Assembly (NCBI GenBank): GCA_963665095.1
Contig: OY762069.1
Location: 6,304,001-6,368,000, forward strand
Length of the DNA: 64,000 nucleotides
Source of the DNA: an uncultured Desulfobacter sp.
GTDB lineage: Bacteria; Desulfobacterota; Desulfobacteria; Desulfobacterales; Desulfobacteraceae
Reading direction: 5' to 3'
Every line of letters begins with the position of its first letter. Position 1 is the stretch's first letter. Below, in pieces: positions 29,328 through 39,413 of this stretch. The notes beneath the pieces are model-generated. The model was not told the DNA's origin. It saw nothing but the letters and a program-made list of their open reading frames with translations, and did no database searches. Position numbers and translations under genes: made by a program.

Positions 29328-30095
29328 TTATTTTTTCAGTGATGCCAGAAGCTGATCCACCCGTTTGTGGTTGTCCTCGGATCCGATGTATGTTCTGAAC
29401 AGCCACTCCTGCTGGGTCATGACGTTATCCAGATCCATATTCAGCACCGCATTGGAGAGCTGCTTGGTTTCACTCAGGCACATCCGGTCATAGGTGGCCA
29501 TGTTGACGGCGATCTTCAAAACCGCGTCCAGCATTTGCCCTTCAGGGAACACCTGGCTGACATATCCCATTCTTTCCGCCTCTTCAGCGCCGTAAATACG
29601 TCCGGTCAGGGCTACTTCCTTTGCACGGCCCAGGCCAATAATTCGCCACAAAGGATCCATGACCGGCGTCAGGGAGAGGGCAATCTCACGCTGCCCGAAT
29701 TTTGCGCGGGTGGATGCATACCGGATATCGCACATCAGCGACAGGTCAAACCCGCCGGCAATGGCAGGGCCCCCCACAGCGGCAATGACTGGCTGACGGC
29801 AAAAAAGGATGGCCCGGTAGGCGCGGTGGAAAAGCCGGATATAGTCTTCATTGCTGTTTTTTTCAAGGTTACGGATGTAATTAAGATCAAAGCCTGAACA
29901 GAAATATTTTTCACCACCGGTGAGGACCACCACATTTACGTCCTGATTGCCGGAAAGCGCATTGAACATCTCCTCAATCTCAAGAAGAACTTCAGGAGAG
30001 ATGGAATTTCTTTTTTCGGGCCGATGGATGGTGACCACCGCCACTTTCGCTGCGACTTCCTGATCAATGGAGAGTTTCAGATATTTTGGTTCCAT
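29328..30095 (-). CDS. enoyl-CoA hydratase/isomerase family protein
   Basis: RPEKRNS, FCSGFDL, PVIAAVGGPAIAGG, CDIRYAS, KFGQRE. Confidence 0.92.
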   Translation of the reverse strand: MEPKYLKLSIDQEVAAKVAVVTIHRPEKRNSISPEVLLEIEEMFNALSGNQDVNVVVLTGGEKYFCSGFDLNYIRNLEKNSNEDYIRLFHRAYRAILFCRQPVIAAVGGPAIAGGFDLSLMCDIRYASTRAKFGQREIALSLTPVMDPLWRIIGLGRAKEVALTGRIYGAEEAERMGYVSQVFPEGQMLDAVLKIAVNMATYDRMCLSETKQLSNAVLNMDLDNVMTQQEWLFRTYIGSEDNHKRVDQLLASLKK

Positions 30096-30559
30096 AATAA
30101 TTCCTTTTTGCTTTAAAGACGCTGCCTTAAAAATGACTGATTGCCGGCAACAGACTGCTTTTTATTAGCTTAAAATAAAACAGGCGTAAACCCCAAATTG
30201 ACCTCAGCTTTATGGCCGCAAAGACAATATCAGGGGAACAGCGGTTTCATATGGGGTCGATGTCAGTTACTGTAACTTACAAAAAGTATTATAAGCTATT
30301 AAAACTAATCTATGGAGACATGTAATTCGTAACTGACGAAAATTATAATGAATATCTGATTCTGCACTACGCAATACTCTTTTTTTCAATCCTTTCGGTC
30401 GAATTTGGTACAAAAACTTTTTTGTTTATGCTCTTGCATTTTCAAAGATATGGAAGTAGATATATAATATATCCATAAATTGTTACACTTTTTTCATAAA
30501 AAGGCATGCTTCATATGAAATGAAGTATCTGATTTTAAAACATTAAAGGGAGATGTGAA

Positions 30560-31825
30560 ATGTATCACCAGATTAGTTTTAGAAAGCTTTTATTGGTAAT
30601 GGCTTTGTCGTTGGCCGTTGTTATGGCGTATAGCCCCTGTGGGGCAGACGACTGTACGGCCATTCCTAAATCAATGACCATGGATTATACGGGAATACCC
30701 GTGACCAATCAGGCCATCACTTTTACAGTGGAAGGGGTGTCTGACTGCGATACCCCGCTCTACTACTACTTCTCCTATTGCCCTAATTATGGCGAAAGCG
30801 ATTATGATGCCAACACCTGGGTGAATATGCGTGATGTTTTCTGGTCCACTGATAACAGTATCACCTACAGCTTTACAGATGCTGGGTCTTACGTGGTTGT
30901 CGCCTGGGTCTCAACCGAAGAGGCAACGCCGAATCCGATTCAAATGGTGGGCGCAACAGTGACCGTAACTGACAGCGGCAGCTCAGGCGAGTGTATTTTT
31001 GACGCCACCGCACTGGATGTCACCGTTTCCGACGCCACCACAGGAGTAGCGATTTCAGGGGCAACTATTACAGCGTACGATCAGACCGCTACGACCAGCA
31101 GTAGTGGTATGGCAACCATCGCCCACCTGCCCACTGCCACAGAGATTACCGTGACGGTTTCAGCTGACGGCTACACCACTCAGACCTCCCAGGTATATAT
31201 GGAATGCGGTGAATCTCAAACCCAGGGGTTTGCTTTGCTGAGTGAAACTGAAGCCGCAGAAGGCGATATCAGGATCATTCTGACCTGGGGTGAGAATCCA
31301 AGAGATCTGGATTCTCATTTGACCGGCCCCATGACCTCCGGAGATGACCGGTTCCACGTCTACTATAGCAATACCAATAGAAGCTGGTATAACGATGGCG
31401 AGACTGCTGATGAAACCATTCCGGCCTGGCTCGACGTAGACGACGTATCCAGCTACGGTCCGGAAACCGTCAGTATCGAGAAGAAAGATGACGGTACCTA
31501 TGTGGCCGGTACCTATCGTTATTATGTGCATCACTATTCCGGTACGGAAAATATTCCCACCAGTGGTGCCATAGTAAAGGTTTACAATGGCGGCACAGAA
31601 ATCCGTTCCTTTTCACCTCCGACAACTTCAGAAGCCGTTGCCAGTTCATGGGTCTGGTCTGTCTTCAGTTTAACCCTGACCGCAGACGGAACGGTTTCCA
31701 TAACACCGGTGAATACCTATTCCGGCACTCACTACTCCAGTGACACAGAGATTTTCCGGTCTGCAGCTGAGGAGGCGCAACTACCTGAACAGTATTATAT
31801 TTTTTCAGGAATGCCTGAAAAATAA
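30560..31825 (+). CDS. secreted protein: shared Tyr-rich domain, carboxypeptidase-regulatory-like domain, YfaP/DUF2135-like domain
   Basis: Signal peptide; LYYYFSYCPNYG..YD; DATTGVAISGATI; LTWGENPRDLDSH..DVDDVSSYGPET. Confidence 0.8.
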   Translation: MYHQISFRKLLLVMALSLAVVMAYSPCGADDCTAIPKSMTMDYTGIPVTNQAITFTVEGVSDCDTPLYYYFSYCPNYGESDYDANTWVNMRDVFWSTDNSITYSFTDAGSYVVVAWVSTEEATPNPIQMVGATVTVTDSGSSGECIFDATALDVTVSDATTGVAISGATITAYDQTATTSSSGMATIAHLPTATEITVTVSADGYTTQTSQVYMECGESQTQGFALLSETEAAEGDIRIILTWGENPRDLDSHLTGPMTSGDDRFHVYYSNTNRSWYNDGETADETIPAWLDVDDVSSYGPETVSIEKKDDGTYVAGTYRYYVHHYSGTENIPTSGAIVKVYNGGTEIRSFSPPTTSEAVASSWVWSVFSLTLTADGTVSITPVNTYSGTHYSSDTEIFRSAAEEAQLPEQYYIFSGMPEK

Positions 31826-31847
31826 GAATTAATCTTCATCATCCCAT

Positions 31848-31892
31848 GGCCGCCGTATTGGAAATCTATTTTCCGATACGGCGGCCTTTTTT
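31848..31892 (+). terminator. intrinsic terminator
   Basis: GGCCGCCGTATTGGAA..TTCCGATACGGCGGCC followed by T6. Confidence 0.85.
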
Positions 31893-31930
31893 ATCTTTGG
31901 GTATGAAAAGGACTCGCTGCACAAAATAAA

Positions 31931-32092
31931 ATGTCAATTGTAGCTATGCAGGATTGTTTCTTATCAACCTCCTGCAAGATTTTTTTCCCAGAAGAGTGAG
32001 ACTATATTGTGGTGGCTCGGGCTATATCCTATCCTGACAATGAACCGGTAGATCTGCCGACTATCGGGAGCACGTTTATTTGCCGGGACTAA
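31931..32092 (+). pseudogene. relic of the shared C-terminal domain
   Basis: Translates as ..FPEE*DYIVVARAISYPDNEPVDLPTIGSTFICRD*, versus FPDEGDYIVVVRAVTDPDNEPADLPIIGGTVTCSE* at the end of 33811-35430. Confidence 0.85.
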
Positions 32093-32402
32093 TTATTTTT
32101 ATCCGTTAACGCCCTGGAAAAGAAAGATTCTGGTAGATGTTTTTACCCAAAGTATCCATGTCTCAGAAACATAATGTTTCCCTTGACTTTTTGTCTTTTG
32201 GGGTGATATTGCGAAAGTCGTTTCAACGGGTAAGGAAGATCATGTGTCCTGTCTGAGGGGAGCATGAGTTCTTGTATTCAGTATGTTGTAAATGTCCTTA
32301 TGAAAAATAGATAAGTTCCACACATCAGGCTGAATCGAAAGGCTGGTGGCTTTGTCATCTGTATAGCTCAATATGGGGCATTATTATCTCAAGGAGAAGA
32401 AG

Positions 32403-33416
32403 ATGGGAAAAATTAGATGGATTTTTGTAATGTTGATTGTGTTTTCAATGTTCTGTACAGCAGCCAATGCTGCGGAGGATCTTACCGACTGGTCGCACTA
32501 CACGGAAGATGAAGGTTCTTACTTTACCGTATCCGGGACAACAGCAACCATTAGCCAGACCAGTTTGGCCGATGGCTGTCCATGGTCAAGAATATCCAAA
32601 TATTATGAGAATGCAACAGGCATTATGGCCACAGTAAATGTGAGCGACATCAATACTGACTGTTCTGAAGCTTATGGTCATGTTGGATTGAGAAAAAATG
32701 TTGCGAGCACATCATCGGGAACCCTGATACTGGCTGAGATTGATGTTAATGTTTATGAAGGTGCCCATAGAATAAGATACCGACTTCGGGAAAGGACTGA
32801 AGATGGTACTACAGTGGCCGTCTTGACCAATTCATTTTTCGGAAGCTTTGATGGCGGTATGTGGGAAACAGGTGAGGATGTTGTCATTGGATTGGGCGTT
32901 GTTGGAAACGATGTCTGTTTTTATGCATCTGAAAGCGAAATATTGGCTAAAATAACCCTGGATTTTGAGGTATCTCCAGTCGAAAGAAGCTTGGAGATAA
33001 CCGGTTGTGCAGAATCCGGCGGCTCTATTTCAGCAGAGGTCAGCAATGTCACCGTGTTATATGGGGAATTCCCTGGTGAGTCTGAGGGCACCGGGGCTAC
33101 TGATGGGGTAAAGGTAACTGATGTGAATGTTTCCGGCACATACCAGGTGGGCAGCCCCATGACCATTTCAGCCACAGCATACAATGAATCCGGCGGGACT
33201 ATTTACTACAGATTCGGCATTGTAAAGGATTATGGAACGGCCAGCTATGATCCCTCCACCTGGACAGCCATCTCCGATTACACAACAAATGCGAGAACTG
33301 TTTATACATTTACGGAAGCGGGCAGCTATATCTTTACCGTGACCGCGAGCCTGTCTCCCGAGGAGCCGTCTGAACCCAAACCCATGCTTGGCGGCTGTAT
33401 TACCATTACTGAGTAG
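32403..33416 (+). CDS. secreted protein with one C-terminal copy of the shared domain
   Basis: Signal peptide (..AANA-AE); IYYRFGIVKDYGTASYD..W..YTF.EAGSY; AAGGAG RBS. Confidence 0.8.
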   Translation: MGKIRWIFVMLIVFSMFCTAANAAEDLTDWSHYTEDEGSYFTVSGTTATISQTSLADGCPWSRISKYYENATGIMATVNVSDINTDCSEAYGHVGLRKNVASTSSGTLILAEIDVNVYEGAHRIRYRLRERTEDGTTVAVLTNSFFGSFDGGMWETGEDVVIGLGVVGNDVCFYASESEILAKITLDFEVSPVERSLEITGCAESGGSISAEVSNVTVLYGEFPGESEGTGATDGVKVTDVNVSGTYQVGSPMTISATAYNESGGTIYYRFGIVKDYGTASYDPSTWTAISDYTTNARTVYTFTEAGSYIFTVTASLSPEEPSEPKPMLGGCITITE

Positions 33417-33475
33417 GATGGTGTTCCCCCAGATACCGGGGAAATGAAGGCTGGCTTGTAGAAGCCCTGGATAAA

Positions 33476-33516
33476 AAAGTAAGAAAGCGGTTGTTTGACA
33501 ACCGCTTTCTTACTTT
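33476..33516. terminator. bidirectional-type terminator hairpin
   Basis: 19-bp perfect inverted repeat AAAGTAAGAAAGCGGTTGT / ACAACCGCTTTCTTACTTT. Confidence 0.8.
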
Positions 33517-33810
33517 ATGGGATATGGGAACCGGCTAAATGCTTTGATTGATACCCCGAAACAAGCCCTGCCCGCAGTTGGCTGTCGGATATGTCATGGC
33601 GTTTCATAAAAAAAATTGTATCCGTTGGGGGCATGAATCCCATGGTACTTTTGTGGCCTTCCGGTCCTTGACAATTTCTATATTAATAGATAAAGGAATT
33701 CAAAGTCATTCTGGTGTGTTGAAATTTTAATGTTTCTATACGTAATACGGGCTTGCCCTTTGGGGGTGCAGCTTTTCCAAGAGCCCCGAAGAGGAAAAAG
33801 GAATCAGGCT

Positions 33811-35430
33811 ATGAGCAGATCTTGGTGGCACTATTTTTTAATTGGTTTTGTTTTGTTTTTTTTGTCGTCGAATGCGTTTGGCGGGGCATGGCTGTCTCCA
33901 AAAATTGAGACGGATGCTGATGCAGACGGCTTTAGCGACAGCACTATCTATTACTTTTATAATGACGACTGCACGCTGTCAGAAATGAGAACGGATGCTG
34001 ACGGTGACGGTACCATTGATTCGTATTCATACACGACATATACATATAACAGTGGCGGATATTATGTCATTGTTAAGCTTGAGCAGGATCTTGATGCCAA
34101 CGGCACTATTGACCAAATTATATACACGTCGCAAAACGCTGATGGAACCCTGATCGTGACCGAGAATGACAGTGATGCTGACGGCACCATAGACTCTTTT
34201 ACCAGTGCCTGTCTTGACGATGGGAATGTGCCGACAACTATGGAATATTATGAAGGCTCAGGAGCCTATGACGGTGGCGGCACTCTTACGACGATTCATT
34301 ATTATACCTACGATGCCCAGTGCAATAAGATTCAAGACGAGTACGACAGCGATGCCGACGGCCAGGTGGATGAAATCACCTATACCGACTATGATGAAAA
34401 ATGTCGCCCCATAACCGTAAAAGTTGACTCAGACAATGACGGTGAAAATGAGACCATTACCCAGCATGCCTATGATGAGGGTGGACTTGTTTGCAGGACT
34501 GAAATTGATAAGGAAACAGTGACCTACGGAATCACCATTACAAGTAATTTTGTTTACGAGATGGTGAACACATATAATGAAAGCGGATATAATACAAAAA
34601 TTGTAACCACTATGACCGGCTCTCAAACGATGTATGGTCAGACAGTGGAAGTTGAGCCCACCACAATTATTAGTTCTACGACCTGGGTGTATGATGAAAC
34701 TGCCGAATGTGAACAATGTGATGACCCTTATGCTTCTGAATGCGGGTGTCCGGATGGATCGGGCGGAGACGATGGTGAACAAATAGACTCGGGAGACGGC
34801 ATATCTCCTGTCTCCGCAAGGATTACAGGTTCATTTGCATCCGGGGATCCTGTGACCGTGACCGTATCTGGATCGGCAGAATCTGGAGAAACCCTGTACT
34901 ATAAATTCTACTACTGTGCCGGTCATGGTACGGATGCTTATGAGACCAACCCCTGGGTTGTCATGCAGCCTTATTCCACATCCGCTACCTGTGAATACAC
35001 GTTTCCGGAGGACGGTAATTATATCGTTGTCGTCCGGATAGTGACCGATCCGGACAATGAACCGGAAAATCTGCCGATTATCGGTGGGGTTGTAAGCATT
35101 GGCAGCTCGGACAATCCCCGGATTGAACAGTTGTCGTCAGGTGTCTCAGGAACCGTCTCTCCCAACACTCCGGTCACCTACACCATCACAGCTTCGGATT
35201 CGAGAGGAGACGCTGTATATTATAAATGGTTCTACCGTGCCGGTTACGGTACGGACGCGTATGATACCAACCCCTGGGTCGTTGTTCAGCCTTATTCCAC
35301 GTCCAGTTCCTGTGAGTACACGTTTCCAGACGAAGGCGATTATATTGTGGTGGTCCGGGCCGTGACCGATCCGGACAATGAACCAGCGGATCTGCCGATT
35401 ATTGGCGGTACGGTCACCTGCAGTGAGTAA
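33811..35430 (+). CDS. secreted acidic protein with DxDx(D/N)G calcium-binding-like repeats and two C-terminal shared domains
   Basis: Signal peptide MSRSWW..SNAFG; six DxDx(D/N)G motifs; tandem YYK.(F/Y)Y.AG.GTDAY.TNPWVV.QPYST repeats. Confidence 0.82.
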   Translation: MSRSWWHYFLIGFVLFFLSSNAFGGAWLSPKIETDADADGFSDSTIYYFYNDDCTLSEMRTDADGDGTIDSYSYTTYTYNSGGYYVIVKLEQDLDANGTIDQIIYTSQNADGTLIVTENDSDADGTIDSFTSACLDDGNVPTTMEYYEGSGAYDGGGTLTTIHYYTYDAQCNKIQDEYDSDADGQVDEITYTDYDEKCRPITVKVDSDNDGENETITQHAYDEGGLVCRTEIDKETVTYGITITSNFVYEMVNTYNESGYNTKIVTTMTGSQTMYGQTVEVEPTTIISSTTWVYDETAECEQCDDPYASECGCPDGSGGDDGEQIDSGDGISPVSARITGSFASGDPVTVTVSGSAESGETLYYKFYYCAGHGTDAYETNPWVVMQPYSTSATCEYTFPEDGNYIVVVRIVTDPDNEPENLPIIGGVVSIGSSDNPRIEQLSSGVSGTVSPNTPVTYTITASDSRGDAVYYKWFYRAGYGTDAYDTNPWVVVQPYSTSSSCEYTFPDEGDYIVVVRAVTDPDNEPADLPIIGGTVTCSE

Positions 35431-35434
35431 TTAT

Positions 35435-35477
35435 TCAGCCCTGAAGACCATGCCGGAAGCATGGTCTTCAGGGCTGA
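35435..35477. terminator. hairpin between convergent genes
   Basis: 19-bp perfect stem TCAGCCCTGAAGACCATGC / GCATGGTCTTCAGGGCTGA. Confidence 0.75.
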
Positions 35478-35565
35478 CACATTGAAATACCCCTGTCAGC
35501 CGGTACCATGCCATTCGGCCAACCTTTGATAAAGCAGCAGCTGGTATCAACGGCATTAAACAAGT

Positions 35566-36768
35566 CTACCATGCATAGTTGGTATGGCTCATCCAGTAAC
35601 CACATACCATACCGTTATCATGCAAAAGCAGGATGATGTCATCCGGAGCAATCCTGTCAATAAGATCTGAATAGAACATGTCGGTTTCATTTTTTTTCAG
35701 CCGCATGATGTCGATATGAAAGGTTTCCTTATATGCCGGAGCCAAATCTTTAGCAATATATTTACCAAACGAATCGGAAAGTATAAGAAGGCGGCGCTTT
35801 GTTATAGGGAATTTGGTCCTGTAACAGGAAAAATCCACGGCTGTTTCGTAGTATCCTTCAAGCAGTTTTGCCAAATACGTATTATCAGATGTTATACCAT
35901 ACTCATCATAGTTATATTCCCAGACTCTGATTGGATATTTGAATCCCAAGATGTTGCTGGTATCACTGAAAGATTCTATAAGAGAAGCCTGTGACGAAAA
36001 ATTTTCATCCATTTGTATTCCCAGCTTTGACAGTAGCGTGGCGGCAAACAAATGTGTACTTTTTCCACTCCAGTGAAAATTCTGCTTGGGGTAAAAATAC
36101 GGTTCGTATTTATGTTTTGCAAACAGTTCATAAGGGTAAAAGACAAGTACGTTTTTTCCCTGCATTGTTTCCATAATTTCGTGGATTGCATTTTTATGCC
36201 TGGAAAATTCCAGACAATCGGCAACCAGGTTTCCAGGGACTGAATTTGGCAGTTTTTCAGGATATAACACAGGCTTTGATACAGGGGCTGCAATTGTCAC
36301 CCTGTATCCTCTCGAGGTCAGGCTGTCAATAAATGAGAGAAGTGCTTCCATATATCGCTGTTTTGGCTTTTCTGCCCTCCCCTGCCTGCACAGCGTGTTA
36401 AAAACACCATATTTTTGCCCTGATCTGTGGTCATTCATGAAAATAAACCCATCTTTGCCAATTGTTATCCGGGAAGCCGGGGTGTCTTTAAACAGGTTCA
36501 GTAAAAGTTTCCGGTAGAACCGGTTTGCGAAGAGTGAAAAACCCATATGATCATTTAGAAAACTATTGAACCTGCTAAAAAAGATCTTTGGATGAACAAC
36601 ATCCTGTATTGGGGGAAGATCAGTAAGTGTTCGTTTTTCCCATTTTGATCTTGCATCATGGTCCGTGAAAAAAAGACCACTGACCGAAGGGGACAAAAGC
36701 ATTAAAACAACCGCAATCATGATAAGTTTGGCCGGCCACGATAGGCAGATATTCTTGGGATCATCCAT
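35566..36768 (-). CDS. AlgJ/AlgX-like SGNH O-acyltransferase partner
   Basis: N-terminal TM, WEKRTL..LP, FLNDHMGF, IGKDGFIF, FHW, LILSDSF; downstream of an MBOAT gene. Confidence 0.72.
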   Translation of the reverse strand: MDDPKNICLSWPAKLIMIAVVLMLLSPSVSGLFFTDHDARSKWEKRTLTDLPPIQDVVHPKIFFSRFNSFLNDHMGFSLFANRFYRKLLLNLFKDTPASRITIGKDGFIFMNDHRSGQKYGVFNTLCRQGRAEKPKQRYMEALLSFIDSLTSRGYRVTIAAPVSKPVLYPEKLPNSVPGNLVADCLEFSRHKNAIHEIMETMQGKNVLVFYPYELFAKHKYEPYFYPKQNFHWSGKSTHLFAATLLSKLGIQMDENFSSQASLIESFSDTSNILGFKYPIRVWEYNYDEYGITSDNTYLAKLLEGYYETAVDFSCYRTKFPITKRRLLILSDSFGKYIAKDLAPAYKETFHIDIMRLKKNETDMFYSDLIDRIAPDDIILLLHDNGMVCGYWMSHTNYAW

Positions 36769-36769
36769 G

Positions 36770-38182
36770 TTAAAAACGAAAATAGATAAAAGGGTTATAC
36801 GTACCGGCCAGGATATACATTGAACAGACAAGAAAGACCAGTAGTGCCGTAAAAATTACTATAACACTATTTCGTCTTCCCAGCGGCCGGTGGTCCTCTA
36901 TTCCGGGTAAAACCTTAGCCCTGCCAAGACAATTTTTTATTGCAGGCGATGAAAATATCATGCCGGTGACGGCAAAGAACAAATTCTCATTGGTCACAAG
37001 CTGGGCAAAACCGATGGCAGTAACGCCGGATTGATGCAGACCGAAAATCGATAAAATGAAGGTGGATGCCTGTTCAAACGTCTCCGACCTGAATAAAATC
37101 CAGCCTATGATCACCATGGTTAAAGTATAGAGATGGGCAACCGGTTTAAATGTTTTTGTCAAAAAGCTTTGCAGCCGAATACGTTCAATAATAAGCAGGC
37201 AGCCATGATACATTCCCCAGGCAATGAAGGTAAAGGATGCACCGTGCCATAATCCGCAAAGAAAAAACACAGCAATAAGGTTAGAATAGGTTCTGAGTTT
37301 TCCCTTCCGGTTGCCGCCAAGGGGAATATAAAGATAGTCACGGAACCAGCTTGATAAAGATATGTGCCATCGACGCCAGAATTCGGTAATGGATTTTGCC
37401 GCATAAGGAAAATCAAAGTTAACTGGAAATTTAAACCCCATAAACAATCCTATTCCGATTGCCATATTGGAGTATCCTGCAAAATCAAAATAAATCTGAA
37501 GGGTGTAGGCAACAGCCCCGATCCAGGCAGTAGATGTTGTCACCTGGTCAAGTTGAAGAGAAAAAACTGTATCGGCAACTTTGGCAACATTATTGGCAAT
37601 AAGAACTTTCTGGGCCATTCCAAGAACGAAAAACAAGATCCCATCCCTTACCTGAAGGCCGGTAATGGTTCTTTTTTTCAAAGCATCAGCTACCGAGTCG
37701 TACCGAACGATGGGCCCTGCAATAAGCTGTGGAAACATCGTGATGTAAAGCCCAAGGTCCAGTAACGAGGCCTTTGATGCAAGGCGGCGGTGTACATCAA
37801 AAAGATAGGATATTGATTGGAAAGTAAAAAACGAAATTCCCAGAGGCAGGGCCGGTATGAGTGCTTTGCTTAGCTGGCAGCCGAAAATGTCATGTATAAA
37901 AAATGAAAAATATTTGAAATAAAAAAGTATTGCCAGATTTGAAAAGATCCCGGCAGCAAGTCCTGCATTTGACAGCTTTGGGTTGTCCCGGGAAATCAAA
38001 ATACCAAACAGATAATTCATTGCTACGGAAGACAGCAGCAATACAACATAAGCACCTTCTCCCCAGGCATAAAACAATAAACTGAATACAAAAATAGTAA
38101 TATTCCTGCAGGGTAAAATAGTATAACATATTAAAAATAATGGAAAAAATAAAAAAAGAAAGGATGTGGATGGAAACAGCAC
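36770..38182 (-). CDS. MBOAT family O-acyltransferase (AlgI/DltB-like)
   Basis: LPLGISFFTFQ, FPQLIAGPI, QIYFDFAGYS, FWRRWHISLS, GLWHGA, YNPFIYFRF. Confidence 0.95.
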   Translation of the reverse strand: MLFPSTSFLFLFFPLFLICYTILPCRNITIFVFSLLFYAWGEGAYVVLLLSSVAMNYLFGILISRDNPKLSNAGLAAGIFSNLAILFYFKYFSFFIHDIFGCQLSKALIPALPLGISFFTFQSISYLFDVHRRLASKASLLDLGLYITMFPQLIAGPIVRYDSVADALKKRTITGLQVRDGILFFVLGMAQKVLIANNVAKVADTVFSLQLDQVTTSTAWIGAVAYTLQIYFDFAGYSNMAIGIGLFMGFKFPVNFDFPYAAKSITEFWRRWHISLSSWFRDYLYIPLGGNRKGKLRTYSNLIAVFFLCGLWHGASFTFIAWGMYHGCLLIIERIRLQSFLTKTFKPVAHLYTLTMVIIGWILFRSETFEQASTFILSIFGLHQSGVTAIGFAQLVTNENLFFAVTGMIFSSPAIKNCLGRAKVLPGIEDHRPLGRRNSVIVIFTALLVFLVCSMYILAGTYNPFIYFRF

Positions 38183-38438
38183 AGCTTTTAAACATTCACC
38201 CCGGGTTAAACTATGTCAGGGCCCCATGAGGCCATGTAAAAATGAGACGATAAGGTCATTAGTGATTTACCAGACAACCTCGGTAAAGTCTACTTGATTT
38301 TAACCAAAGGTAGAAAATTGGAGCTACTGGCCAGAATTTTTTTGACACACCACCTGGAAGGTGCCTGGATAACATACATATTCAATGGTGGCATTGTAGA
38401 CACCGTGCCCCCCCCCTGCCGGTCTGCTTTGGGTCTCA

Positions 38439-39086
38439 TCAGAGAGTATCCTGCTTCACGGAAATTGTTTTTAACCCGGCATCTATATAACCGCCTAAGG
38501 TAAACACCCGGAGTACCTGTCCCTCCCGTATGACGGTCATTTCAATTAATTCATTTTCAGATCGCTCTTTCATTAGCGTTGTCAGCTCCATGGGACCTTT
38601 TTCAATGGGGACATTATCGTATTCAATGATGATATCTCCTTCTTCTATGTCAGCCCAGGGTAAATCGTTATCCCGCGGAACAGATGTTACTTTGGCTCCG
38701 AGAATTTCTTTTGGGGGCTGTTTTTCCTGGGGGATTGAGGGCAATGGCATTTTTCCTGATTCTGGAAGAAAATAGATCTGTGTTATTTGGGTTTCGTTAT
38801 ATACGAACGCCGGATGAACACCAGGGATATTGGAGGCCAGCTTAAGAAGAAGCGCGTTTTTTGTGTCTGCTTTCACTGAAAAATTAAGCGGCGTTGGATT
38901 TGGGGGGGTAAGATCCGTGACAGTGATTTTGAAATTGTTTTTAATTTCTTGGAAAATTTCCTTTTTCATGCACGACTTGCATTCAAAATATGGCGGGTTG
39001 GTGCTGTAGCGCAGCTGGCTGGTGGCGAATACTGATAACGCCGTTGCAAGGACAAAAATAAGAGGGAGTAACAGTCGTGTTTTCAT
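38439..39086 (-). CDS. exported PDZ-domain protein
   Basis: Signal peptide MKTRLL..; GAKVTSV..DIEEGDIIIEYDNVPI..MTVIREG. Confidence 0.7.
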   Translation of the reverse strand: MKTRLLLPLIFVLATALSVFATSQLRYSTNPPYFECKSCMKKEIFQEIKNNFKITVTDLTPPNPTPLNFSVKADTKNALLLKLASNIPGVHPAFVYNETQITQIYFLPESGKMPLPSIPQEKQPPKEILGAKVTSVPRDNDLPWADIEEGDIIIEYDNVPIEKGPMELTTLMKERSENELIEMTVIREGQVLRVFTLGGYIDAGLKTISVKQDTL

Positions 39087-39413
39087 ATTCAGGTATAATA
39101 ATTGTTTTTCAAACTGCTGATGTTTTCTTCGGCAAAGAGCGTTTGACAGGTTACAGGCAACGATGCTCTGCAAAATCAATCCAGAAATACTGCCAATGAG
39201 ATCTGATCATAGCCTGAGTCCTTCTATGGAAGTTAAATATTTACATGTCCCACTGAAACCTGTCCAATGTCAAGACGGAAATTGCATTTTTGGATCGATA
39301 TTAATAGATCCGTGCATTTAACCGGTTTGTAAAAAACTTATCAGTTTTTTGAGGGGCAGAGGTTGAAAACAAGGCGGGCCGGCAGCTGGTCCGCCCTGTT
39401 TGTTTTGATGCAG

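Noticed and set aside
30266..30278. AGTTACTGTAACT palindrome upstream of the enoyl-CoA hydratase as a second site of the GRE TetR
   Set aside because: It matches only part of the 24582-24599 arrangement; there is too little evidence to link them.
31997..31999. Selenocysteine readthrough of the in-frame TGA
   Set aside because: It aligns with Gly rather than Cys, the surrounding sequence is degenerate, and no SECIS is evident.
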